64,000 bases of DNA from Blasia pusilla (lineage: Eukaryota): the NCBI GenBank assembly GCA_050084515.1, contig CM114271.1, positions 11,408,001-11,472,000 of the forward strand, given 5' to 3'. The notes under the pieces were generated by a model. It was not told the origin of the DNA, searched no databases, and saw only the letters and a list, made by a program, of their open reading frames with translations. The translations under genes and the position numbers were made by a program. Shown one piece after another: positions 14,283 through 25,918 of this stretch. The number at the start of each line of letters is the position of its first letter. The first letter of the stretch is position 1.

Positions 14283-15430
14283 CTATCTGTGCTCTCGTGA
14301 CATATCCCATGAAGTCCATGGATGCCTCTCCATCACCATCGCGCCCCTAGCCAGTGTCTCACCCGTCCCGATAGACGCTATGCCGCAAAAAGGACGTAAT
14401 GTCACAGACACCTCTCGCATCCGTCGTCGCTCAGCCAAACCAAGACTAAAAATCCAAGTAAGATAGTTCAAGTCCATAGCCTGACCCAATAGATGTCTAC
14501 GCGATGCCTCTCCCATCATAGGCACCATAGAGAACCCAATAGCTCGCTCACGCTCATTGGCATTGGGCTCCACTAGTGTACATGCCTACTCATCCCATAT
14601 CATGCCTCCCTGACAAAAAGCATGAGATGATGGAAAACTCACCAACATAGGCAATATTGCCAGCCGCAGGCCCATCCGATTGGCCACTGCCAACGGTGGT
14701 ACATAATCACCAGTAACAACCTGAGATCGCCGCTTTGGATCCAAGATCGCATCCACTATAAGTAGTGATGGTATCTGGACTCCATCATAAGCCCGCCTTA
14801 GCAACTCGGATGGTAAAAGGTTCGTCCACCATAATCGTGGATAGTGTGCATGCGATCCAACACTCGCCGCATCCAACATCACCGCCGGTCCTATCCACGA
14901 CCGCACCTGATGTACACTTGCCATCACTCAAGCTCAAGTGTTACTTAACAATGGGACGTTCTCCAAAATGTAGGCTGGAGAACATCGTTGGGTAGTCTGC
15001 AAGTGACGAAGAACTCGTAGCATCTTCCAAAACATGGCTGACCTCGGGTCCTGCAAACCAAGTCCCCGACCCGCCAAAGAATGACCCTGACATGGCCACC
15101 TTGTCACCACCAAGTGTATCGAACCAACCCTATCCAGATGTGGTGCCCCCAACAACGAAATGTTGGTCGGTAATACATGCTGATATCCTCTCACTGTAGA
15201 CATTGGCAATAATTGAGGATATTGTTGGACTAGTCTCGACACATGATGTAATGAGACTCTACGTGTAGTCTCATCTCTCTCAACATACAAGTACTGATGT
15301 ACTTATACTCGGCCTGCATCACTACAACTAATGCTGTAGTAATTCCTCCAAAGAGATCTAGTATACATACACCCTCCTTGGGATACTGCCACACAATCGG
15401 TGTGGTGCCCAAGGGTGTCAACGTCTCCAC
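14283..15430 (-). pseudogene. C5 cytosine DNA methyltransferase domain (DNMT3/DRM-like, unpermuted) inside the pol polyprotein
   Basis: Motif I 'ILDLFGG' (15344-15361), II 'YVERDE', IV 'WPCQG.S.AG' (15087-15098), VI 'YILENV' (~14955), VIII 'PRLWWTNL', IX 'ERERAIGF', X 'LLGQAMD'. Confidence 0.9.
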
Positions 15431-16718
15431 TCCTAGAGCAGGTGGTAACTCTGTCCCGTCTCGCTCTAGAGCATAGGCTCGGCTTCACACCTGCCTCACT
15501 AGCTTGTCTGCTCTCCTTTGCAAATCGATGCTCGTTCCTCTCAAAACTGAAGAAGTGTCGCCAATAGATGTAGCCACGCTCGTCATCGCATGCCACTCCT
15601 CTGGACTATCCTCTACAAGAATATCCTCTACATTGGCGTTCCCCTTTAGTAAATCTCGTGGCCAACATAATGTGCCACAATAAGCAGAAATTGCTGTGGT
15701 CGTTCCTAGGAGTGAACCATCAAGTCTCCTTGCACACTGCACATGTAGCTCACTGGCTCGTCCCTCACCTGACTGTCAACCTAGTCAATAGGAGGCTGTC
15801 TCCTCCCAAAAGTCAAGTGTGAACCTTAGAGGATACAATATGGTAGCCCCTAACAAAACATCATAAGACTCTGCACCATCGCACTATCCATAGGATGATC
15901 GGGTTGAATCCTCACTGCAATCTCATCGCGAGTCATGAACTATGTCGGGGATGTGCCTCCCAGCGAAGTCTAAATCTGGAATAGACATGGAGTGATCTCA
16001 CACTTCCGCAATCCCATCGCTACACATGCCGCCTTCCCCGACATAAGGGGTTGTGCTCTTGAATCAAGTAGCACTCTCTGCCGTTGATACACAACTCCGG
16101 ATGGACCAACCAACTGGAAAAATCCATCTCGGTTGTCCAAGATAAAAACTCCTTGTGAGAAGGTTGCACGCTCTATCTCCGCCACTCTAGCCACTACTGC
16201 ATGCCAACTCTCTATGGCTCTCGTCTTGAGCACCTGCTCCAAGGGTACCTCTGCCACATCTTCTGTGCGAGTCTCAACACTAGAAGAACCAAAATCATCA
16301 CTCTCACAGAGCGTCGCCGCCAACCGAAAAACCTTAGCTGGTCGACCTCCACAAGTCAAAAAATCTCCAGCGGTAAATAGTGGGAGGCTACACAAAGCCA
16401 TAGCCATCTCTCATAACGTGCCAGTACTAGGCCATGTCGAATGTTGCATGGGCCTCATAGACGTATTCGCCTCACCCGCTCCTCTAACTACTTCAGCATC
16501 TATGACAACATCACTCCTCAAAGGCTGCCTAGGGACCATCAATGGGGTCCGAAGAGCCTCTCACAATGTAAAAGACTGGGAAAGTCTAGCCTGTCTGCTA
16601 GCTTCTCCCCTCTGGGGATCCAACTCCACATCTGATCCTTGTGGCTCAAAAGCTCTCACCGCACCTCTCGTAACCACTGCATCTGCATCCACCTGTGCGA
16701 TGTTGCACAAAAATCCCA

Positions 16719-17216
16719 TGTCGTGCGCATACCTATCGCTACACAACATACATCGCTGGTCACATCTACACCACACAACACCGATCTTCCCCACACACGG
16801 GTCGATCCACACAAGTACAAAAATCAACTCATACATATACATGGAGATGACACAACAAAAATAAAGAGTAGTAAAAACGGCACACCCGGCCTAAAACTCC
16901 ACTCCTCAATCTACATCGGCATATCGAGCCTCGTCCACCCTGTGCTATTAAGGAATCCGGACGCTAGCACCCTAGTTCTATCTCACACACATACAAGAGA
17001 GGTGCTCCAACGGCCCAACATGAGAAAGATGGCTTAGGAAAGCCATCCTCCTCTCTTATATAGAGTTGGGAAGAGCCAAAAGGCTCTTCCCCCAAAAATA
17101 GCCATCCCCTTGGTAACCTGCGCGCACAGGTTACGAGGGGCGGATGGCCTGGTCAACAAGTCACCCGGCTGTGAAAGACCTCAACATGAAAGTTGTCAAA
17201 AATGACGTTCGTGACA
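16719..17216 (-). repeat. Solo-LTR-like insertion (~500 bp) from a related Ty3 family, between gag and protease
   Basis: TGTCGTG...CGTGACA ends, start similar to 10064, internal TATA. No clean TSD seen. Confidence 0.6.
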
Positions 17217-18111
17217 CAATGGACCTATCCTCAACCTCATATGACACCGTGGGACAAAGTTACACTCAAGATAGTCCGCTGGCTCCTACACCCTATCCAT
17301 TATAGATCTCGGCCTATCGGCTATTTAGATGTGAAACCCATACCTCCTAGATCTCTCGCCATATCTTAGGGCTGAGCAGATCCGGAAGTCAACGCGCCCC
17401 ATGCACCTGATATAGATGCTTGTTGGGTCGTCATAGCTTGAAGGCGTTGCTCCAACAGAGCAATCCTCACCAAAGCTGCCTCTGATGCAAGTGCTGCACT
17501 CGCTCTAGCAGGTGGTGGGGTCCTGCCTCCATCACATCCTCGAACTCCTACACCTTGTCCTCTACCACCTCCAAGTCCTCGACCTCCCTCTAGGCGCAGC
17601 TTGGGGTGGAGATCCAAACATCTCTCACGTGTGTGCCCATATCTCCGGCAATGATCACACTGAGGTAAGGGTGGCCTTCTCAGGGTCGCTTCATATATAG
17701 CTGATGGTGTTGCCTGCACTCCACTCTATTGTCTACAATCTCGCTGACGATATGATCCTCCACACTTCCAACAAGAAATACCTAAGCCATGCTGCCTAGC
17801 GTATGACTGAACTAGTCATGGTCTTGGCTCCGGGTATCCTCCCGTAGCCCTCGGTTCCATGACTCTATCTTGAGTAGTGCGGTACGACATTGATGGAGAC
17901 ACCGTCACTCATGTCTTCTCCCTTGAAGATGACACGTCTGTCATAAAAAATCTCTCCTCAAGTATGTTGTGCTCAATCCGCTCCGCCAAAAAAAATACAG
18001 ACTTGAGAGTAGGCGAACCAACATGTAAGAGAGTTGCATCTTGCACTCTCTTCCGCAACTCGCAGTCTAGCATCGCATACCACAACTGAACCGCTTGCGC
18101 CTCCATCACAC

Positions 18112-18864
18112 GGGGGGCTGGTATTCTGGCAGGAGAGAGGAAGAGAGGAGAGTCTCTCTTCAAAAAAAAGGCACAAAAGGGAAAAAAAACTGAAACTCTC
18201 TTCAAAAAATATGAAGATTATGGAAAATAAGTGAGTAATTTTTTTGGAGATTTTTTTTGAAGAGAGGAAACTTAGTGCAACCCGTCAGAATCCGACGGGT
18301 TGCAATTTTTTGGTTTTTTTTTTTTGGCTTAAGGAAAATTTTTCATTTTTTGGGGTTTTTTCAACACTTGCAACCCGTCGGAGTCCAACGGGTTGCTTTC
18401 TAGGCATCATGGCGACCTGTCAGACTCCGAAAGGTTGCTTTTTGGCCTCAAAAGCAACCCGTCGGAGTCCAACGGGTTGCAAACGTTAAAAAAACCCCAA
18501 AAAATGAAATTTTTTCCTTAACCATTTATAAAAAAACCAAAAAAAGTTGCAACTCGTCGGATTTCTGACGGGTTGAAAAGGTAAAAAAATTTAGAAAAAA
18601 AACAATTTCAAATTTTTGTTTCACCACCAAATTTTTTTGGAAAAAATTTGACTTTTCAACTTGTCAAAACTTTCCTCTCTCCAACCTGTCGGAAACTCTC
18701 TTCAACCTGTCGGAAACTCTCTTCAAACCAAAAGAGCCCTAGGGGTTGCCAATATCTTCCTCTCTCCTCTCTCCTCTCTCCTCTCTTCTCTCTTCTCTCT
18801 TCTCTCTTCTCTCTTCCTCTCTCCTCTCTTCCTCTCTTCTTCTCTTCCTCTCCTCTTACCGCTC
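18112..18864. mobile_element. Non-autonomous 753-bp derivative of the MULE family, inserted in Ty3 gag
   Basis: 11-bp TSD CTCCATCACAC (18101-18111 and 18865-18875). Has both ends of the large element and about five 27-bp palindromes. Removing it restores gag 'LITETQGVMEAQAVQLWY'. Confidence 0.88.
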
Positions 18865-19976
18865 CTCCATCACACCCTGAGTTTCCGTGATCAACCGTCG
18901 GAGCCGTGCATAGGCCTCTCAAAGACTCTCTCCCGCTCTCCGTTGAAACTCATGAATCGACTTCAGCTTGTCAGTCCTCACCCCTTGATAGTTCCTCCCC
19001 AACTCTTGGAAGAACTCAACCAATGGGTTGAATGCGGGTGTACTCGGCTGATCACACTCGTAAGACTCGGGTCGACAACTCCTCCAAGTGTCTCCTTTGT
19101 GCGGTTAGTGAGTGCTACTACAGCCGCCACATCATACATTGCATGCCTTGTGAAGGACACATATCATGGAGACCAAAATAGTATCCACGCCTCGATCTCC
19201 GCCTCATGGAGAATCCAAAACTAGTGGTAATCATCCATGGGAGGGCCCTCTAGATGCTGAAAAAGTCCCTTCCACGCCATAAAGGGGTCAAATCTCTGTT
19301 GGCTCCACATCCTTTGTGCATCATACCAACTATCAAAATCCTCCATAAAATCATCCGACTTGATGGTTCCCACCATGCTTGAGAACCGTCAGGGTCTCTT
19401 GGTAGATCCATATGTATCGCAATCATCCATATCCCACAACAACGGTGTGGCGACACTTCGTGGCCTCTCGGGTAACTCAAAATTTGCTGACATCACCTTT
19501 GGAGCAACTACAACTAGCGGATGAGGTGGTCGCTTGTGTGGAAACCCTCGATACCTATCCCCACTCCATGTAAATCCTCCGCCACTTCTACCACTACCAC
19601 ACTCCCCAATACTCTGTGGATGCACCATGGTGAAACCTGCAAACTACTATGACTCACTCCTGAGCCACTATCTCTGCACTATACAATGCCCAAACTATGG
19701 ACAAGCCCCCACTTATCTCACTTGAGATCAACACTCGACAAATAGCCCGCACACTAAGTCACTCCCAACTAGTGTGATATACATCCATCCCACAAAGCTC
19801 TCTACAATAGTCGCGGTAGTGGCGTGCACTCACCAACGCACTAATCCACGATGTATGTCACCCAAAAATCACCACTCAAACATCTCCATTAGCAGCAAGG
19901 TAAGTGAATAAATTCCCATATGCGCAACATCTAGCCATCACTTCCTTGTGGGTGTGTTGGTAACACAACATGCAAA

Positions 19977-20035
19977 AGAACTCTCCAGTTAAGCACACTC
20001 TAAAGGATTAGAATTGGGATGGGTGACCTGGAAGT
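19977..20035 (+). other. 5S rRNA-derived segment (A-box and C-box of the Pol III internal promoter); not a full 5S gene
   Basis: AGAACTCTCCAGTTAAGC...TAGAATTGGGATGGGTGACCT-GGAAGT compared with plant 5S AGAACTCCGCAGTTAAGC...TAGTACTAGGATGGGTGACCTCC.GGGAAGT. Confidence 0.75.
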
Positions 20036-20464
20036 TATGCTCAACTAGATCAGCACCAGCTTGCCAAGTCTTGAGGTGCGGTAAGAGGAGAGGAAGAGAG
20101 GAGAGAGGAGAGAGGAAACTACCTTCAACCGAAATAGATACTTTTTTTTAAGAGTTTCTGTTGGGTTGAAGAGAGGAAACTTTTTGTGTGAATTTTTTTG
20201 CACTTTTTTGTTTAGTTATTAAGCAGTCTCGCAGTTTTTTTTTTCTCTTCCATATTTTGGCAACCCATCTGAGTCCGACCGGTTGCAAATTGCACAAAAT
20301 ATACAAAACTAAAAAATTAGTGGAATCATAAGTGTGGAACCAATCACTTTTTCTATCCAAGATCTGGAAACAATCTACCATTTGCCTTGGGCTGAATAGA
20401 GTTCAAGCTAAAAGTGGAGGTTCTTGAAAAATGAAAGTACAATCTAAAACCTCATTTTGCATCC

Positions 20465-23400
20465 TCAAAGTGGTTTGTTTAAAATACTTCGCACTTCTTT
20501 GAGGGACAAAATTGGTTGGTGGATTCCTACTCCTACCTCCGACTCTCTTAAAAATACCAGCAACACATAGTACATGTGCTTATAAGGGAAATACCTTTTG
20601 CCACTTGTCTCTCTTTGGACAAAGTCATCACATGAACATGTGGGAAAGCAACAGATGTGCACCACATACACCCATGTGACACTTGAATTTACAGTGTTGT
20701 TCTTGACCCAATACATCCTTCCTATTCCATTGCCACTCAAGACATCTTTCGTGGCGATGATCTCCATTTTTGCCTCCCGAGCTGATGCAATTCACTTTGC
20801 TCTCTCCACCGTTGGCCTACACATTCTGTTTCTCTTCACCCCCTTCTCTTCTAGACTCAAACAAAAATAATGGATTGAGATCATCCACCTTCTCTGGTTA
20901 CATGTTGACATCAATCTTGGGTTGAATACAAATTCGAAGCTCTTTGTAATGCAAACATGCTCCAAACTTCCCCCATCTACGAGTCTGAAACCGACACTTG
21001 TAAGATTGTCCACTTCGTCTTGAGTGCAGTTCGTACCCGCGTCGATGGGCCAAATCGTGGGGATATTCCCCGGAGCTCCAATGGCAGCCGGATAAGACTT
21101 CTAGAAAGCGCAAGATTCATTTGGGCAGAAGAAGTACTTCAATTGATCCCCGGTCCTCGTGAAACGATCAAAGGTTTTGAGTCCCCAAAACCCAGGCAGT
21201 GGTCGTCCAGTCCTTGTACATTTCTTATTTAGGAAAGTATCGCATGCTCTCCTAATGCCATCAGATTCTGCCCTGCAGGTGGGTCCACGTCCTGGGTTGC
21301 TCCGAGATATATGCCACCGTTTTAGGTTGCAATCCACCTCCACTACCGGAATCCCATATTTTTGAACCACTCCAATGACAGGAAGTTGCGAACTTCCAGC
21401 AACGGAGGGCTTTTGAAATTAGACATTCACTGATTTTGGAGAAGGGTCTCCATCACGGATTTGGGACGGGTCCGGGGTCCCCGAATACCTGGGTGGCATA
21501 ATTTCCTCATCCAAACCAATCACCGGATTTGTTCCTCGATGCTGCCTCTTCACCTGCTTGAAGTCAAGATACTTATCTGGTCTCCACGAGTCTTGCTTGG
21601 ACTCCTCTACCACCATCTGTATGGGATGTCTTGAAACCCACCCATGAATATCCCCACCAATGTGTACGTCTTGCTCAAGGGGAGTTCTAGCTACGCATCC
21701 ATTGAAGGCTTCCACATAGAGTTTTTCATCACCAGATCTCACAGCCGCCCTGACATAGAGCTCGTAGATCGACGACCCCCTTCCTTTTGTTATGCCTTTT
21801 GTGAGGAAGATATGGGATGCTGCAGACTGTAGCATTGCTCTTGCGTGGTCTTGTTGGCATGCCTCCACAAGTGAAATTCGTTGGCATGCTTGTGACGACC
21901 TCTAGGAAGAATGAACACTTTTTGCTCCACTTGTGTTGGGGCAGAGGGCATTTTCATTCCCAGCAACGACGGCAATGTTAGAAGGGAACGAAAATAACTC
22001 AGGAGTCAAAGAAATAAGCTACCTGTCGGAACCAGACGGGTTGCAAGGCCAAGGAATCCCATGAACAACTCTTCGACCCGTCGGGTCCCGACGTGTTGCA
22101 ACCCTAAACCCACCTACTGCAACCCGTCGGATTCAGACGGGTTGCAAGAACCTGTGGCCACTCTGGAAGATCCAAGTGCAAGTCATCCGAAATCCATCCG
22201 GGTCGAACTATTTGCAGGCCTTGTATACATGCAACTTGCATACTTGTCTACAGGTTGCACCAAAATTCTGGATGCAACCCGTCGGTTTCCGTCGGGTTGC
22301 ACACTCGGGCAACCCTTTGCATCTGACAACTTCCTTGGTTTCTTCGGTTTGAAATCCCTATAGTTCCCATGCTTCTCAACTTGAGCTACAACTTTACAAA
22401 CAATTCTCAACGTGAGCTTGACAAGAAAAAATAGTGAACTCACATGCCGCATGAAGTTTCCCCATTGTCTCATACGTACAGTCCACCAACTCAACCAAGA
22501 GCACAACTCTTTGTACTTCCCCTCAATCGCATGCTTCCTCCACCACCCATGAAGTTCTTCTTGGCATTCCATGGCATGTTTCAAGGTTTTGCTGTTCTTG
22601 CAACGTTGGAGTAGAGTGACATGCTCTGTCCTGTTATTCTCCTTGATGCAAGATTTGGTGTACCGGGTCACAGACTGTTGCCAATGGAAAGCATCTGACC
22701 TTTCCCTCTCCGGTTGAACCTCTCCACCCCAGAACACTTCCCAGATAGCAATCCACCCAGGTTGTGCATTTTCCGCTATGAACCCATAAATTTCTGGAGG
22801 TGGCCTTTTGTTTTCCTTCACCACCTCCAATAAGGGTAACCAGCACATCTTCAAATTGCCAACGTCTTCTGCCTTTACTTCACAGACAAATATAGTTTTG
22901 AGTCCCTTCTCCACATGGTCATAAACGTGAGCACCCATTGTCAACCATCCGTTCAAAGACTCAGAGCAAATATCAAAGCTTACCCAGTGCCAGTAAAGAT
23001 CTTCCCCTTCCCTCATTCGATCTATAAGATCGAGGCCACTCGACAGACCTGTGGTTGACATTTTGAAGACATAGGCCCTGGATCCCTCGCCTCCTTGGCC
23101 CATCAACTGCCATCTTTGAATGAATGGAAATCTAGAGTTGGCCTTGATTCTGGCGATGGCATCCATTTCGGCCGTCTTTCCATCTAGAACCCGTATTTGA
23201 TGCAGCAAATTCCCGAAGCACTCAAGATCAGCGAGAAATGCGAGATTTTCCCAGAGTTGTTTCTCCTCAGCCGCCGTGATCTTGCCCTGTCTAGGGATTC
23301 CAAGCAATTGTTCACAAATTTGTGATGCTGTTGTGAGCTTGATCACTCCGGGTTTTGAACCCGGAGAGCTTCTGTAGACCTTGGCAACTTTCTTCGCCAC

Positions 23401-24450
23401 ATCCTCCTTGATGTGTCTGTGAATTGCATCGGTCACAGAATGAGAGTGGGAGCCAACATGAACTGCCAGCCTTGTGTACTCTGACGTGGAGCCCAAGTCG
23501 TGGACAATGAAAAATATGTATGGAGGACACGCTCCAACGTAGAAGGGCAATGCCTGACAATGAGGACATCGATGGCCTCCCGGCGGTATGGTGGCACCGA
23601 CTCGTATGGAGTTTTGCATTCTTGGGGGAATTGCGATGTATTGACTCGCCCGTTGCGCCTGGATACGAGCATGCTGGACTTCTACACTCCAAGGCTCCAA
23701 TGCATTGGCGGCGGAGACAATCCAAGGACCATCGGAATTGAAGCACTAGTCCGTTGAAGCCTGCACCATCGATGACAATCAAACTTTCATCCATACCCTT
23801 CAGCGCCCTCCATCTTTCTTTTGAGCAAGAGCAGCAAGTGGAGGCAACTCAAAAATGCAATTACCATCGTGACGTGGGCGGCGGCAAATGTCGACAAGAA
23901 TGTGCTTGAACATTTTCAAGGCTAGAGACGAAAGCAAACTATTGCCTGATACTCGCAAGAGGAACGAGTAGGCGGACAGAGGGCCCAGTTGGTGTCCGAC
24001 AGATCCACTGAGGTTGATAATATCCGGAATCTCTTCAGGAAGAACAACATTATTACGAGCGTGTGAAGTTGGAGTCGAAGCCGGATCTACTGAGCTGGGA
24101 GTTGCAAACGTAGAGCTCGAAGCACTAGGAAATTCTCGACCGTCTTCTTGGGAAACAGATGAATTGAGGGGCAAGCCGTAAACTCTGTATTGACCATTTG
24201 TTAGAGGTAGGAGATTCCATACTTTACGGTCTACATTCATTGGATGGACTGTCTCACCTATTATGTCCTCCGTACCGTCCATCCTAATATCCTTGGATAA
24301 AAAGATGGTTCCAATTTGGAGAAGAAATCGAACAGAGAGAAAATTTTCATCCACTGCTATGAAAGACTTAAGAGCTTGCGGTCGAACAATTTTTGATTGA
24401 GGAAGGGCCGCTAGATGACTGCCACAAGTGAGCTTCATATAATTATCCAT
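20465..24450 (-). pseudogene. MULE-type transposase (GCM/WRKY-like Zn domain, DDE core, SWIM); frameshifted; one intron ~22443-21970
   Basis: Zn region 'RRQCIGALECRSPAC...CPHCQ...C...VHVGSHSH'. Core 'WVSFDIC', 'GF(I/M)A(E/D)NAQ', and 'DAFHWQQ' (MULE C/DxxH motif). SWIM 'PTCSCDDF...PYKHMYYV'. TATA at 24502-24508. Confidence 0.82.
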
Positions 24451-24599
24451 TCCTAGAAATTTCCAACGGGAGGAGAGTGAGAATGAGAATGAGAATTTTT
24501 AATTTATAGTGAATAGGAAATCAGATTCTCTTGACATAATTTTACTGACAAGATGAAGTTTGGTAGGTGAAATTGTCTGACACAATGGATTCAATTCTG

Positions 24600-25495
24600 T
24601 TGCAACCTGTCGAAGTCAAGTGGGTTAGAGGATTTGGGAAGCAGAGACGTGGGTTGCGAAGCACACATCATTTTGTTGGAACCCGTCGGAGTCCGTTGGG
24701 TTGGAACCCCCTTCTTGCCGACCGAAGATCTTTTGAGGTGATTTTGCTAGCATCAAACACAAGATATCGCTTGTTTTTGCGGGATTGTCCAACTCAGGGT
24801 ATATTTTGTGACCCGTCGGATTGCAATGGGTTTCCTCGGAACAATACCTTGTCACATTGTTTCCCAAGGGATAACCTGTCGATAATCGACGGGTTGCCCT
24901 GGTAACTCAACTATTAACCCAAGCTAAGCGAAGCCTGCAACCTGTCGGCTTCGGACGGGTTGCATGCTTCTGCCTTACCTTGAAACGCAAACATTATCAC
25001 AGATGGCAACCCGTCCCTCTCCGACGAGTTGCTCGGATACCGCGCCTTCTTGCCCAAAGACGGCGGAGGCGCGCAACCCGTCGGCATCAGACGGGTTGCC
25101 CAATTATCTCATAGTGTAACACTTACATGAAGGAAGCGTGCAAACCGTCTGTTTCCGACGAGTTCCGCGGATGCCGCACTCTCTTGCCCAAAGACGGCGA
25201 GGCGTGCAACCCGTCGCCCTCCCACGGGTTGCACAAGGGCCTCGCCTTGTTTTGCTTACATGAAGGAAGCATGCAACCTGTCGGCCTCTGACAATTTGCG
25301 TGGGAAGCCCGCATTGTTATCCCTTGACGAGGGAAGTGTGCAACCCAACGGTCTTCGACGGGTTGCGCGGGTACCTCCCGTTCTTGTCCAAAGACTGCGG
25401 AGGAGCGCAACCTGTCGGTCTCCGACGGGTTGCCACGAGGACGGATGCCTTGAACCCTCGGGAAGCATGCAACCCGTGGAAGCCGTTGGGTTGTT
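24600..25495. repeat. Array of ~13 copies of the 27-bp palindrome GCAACCCGTCGGA-N-TCCGACGGGTTGC between the two divergent genes
   Basis: Copies at about 24936, 25007, 25073, 25139, 25205, 25272, 25340, 25407 and 25468 (period ~66 bp), plus more upstream. Confidence 0.9.
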
Positions 25496-25583
25496 GTTTT
25501 TCACGTCTAGACTTCCGTAACGGCTGGCACATCGACTTCGGAAGGACGATGCGACCCAACGGTCAGCCCAACAGCTAGAAAAG

Positions 25584-25591
25584 TATAAATA
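25584..25591 (+). promoter_or_regulatory. TATA box of the ParB-MTase-like gene
   Basis: TATAAATA upstream of the ORF, conserved in inverted copy 2 (~47184-47191). Confidence 0.55.
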
Positions 25592-25693
25592 GGGGAGAAA
25601 TCGCTCATTTCTGGTTTCTCACTTCGCGATCTCTATTGCTCTCTCGCGCAGCAGCTGACCAGATACCAAGGGGCGCTTCACACGGCGACTCAT

Positions 25694-25830
25694 CGCGAGA
25701 CGATACAAGCGAACGATTGCGAGACGATACGAGCGAACAATCGCAAGACGATTCGAGCGAACGATCGCGAGACGGTTCGAGCGAACGATCGCGAGACGGT
25801 TCGAACGAACGATCACGAGATGATTCGAGC
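25694..25830. repeat. 24-bp tandem repeat (~5.5 units, GCGAGACGGTTCGAGCGAACGATC) in the putative 5' UTR
   Basis: Directly visible; fewer units in copy 2 (~47005-47070). Confidence 0.85.
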
Positions 25831-25918
25831 TACCCATGAAGGCGACTCATCTCGACATCAGCAAGGCGACTGATCAAGCGATTCATCGTGGACATAGGTG
25901 GAGGCATTTTTGGGAAAA

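Larger units (their letters stand above)
10064..19630 (-). mobile_element. Ty3/gypsy LTR retrotransposon with order gag-PR-DNMT-RT-RNaseH-INT-PHD (decayed copy 1). Interrupted by a solo LTR and a small MULE derivative; 5' LTR not found
   Basis: Ordered minus-strand fragments: CCHC knuckle (17366-17719), 'LLDSRAQPL' protease, C5-MTase, RT ('MCGDYRPIN','LDLCAGYHQ','GLKNAP'), RNase H ('LHTDWS'), integrase ('HRELGHFG','TDQG.EF'), PHD. Polypurine tract complement at 10927-10936. Confidence 0.92.

Noticed and set aside
16133-16864. 243-aa plus-strand ORF
   Set aside because: Antisense shadow of the Ty3 gag-protease linker running into a solo LTR.
19977-20035. Functional 5S rRNA gene
   Set aside because: Only the internal ~60 bp match; the 5' and 3' stems and oligo-T terminator are missing.
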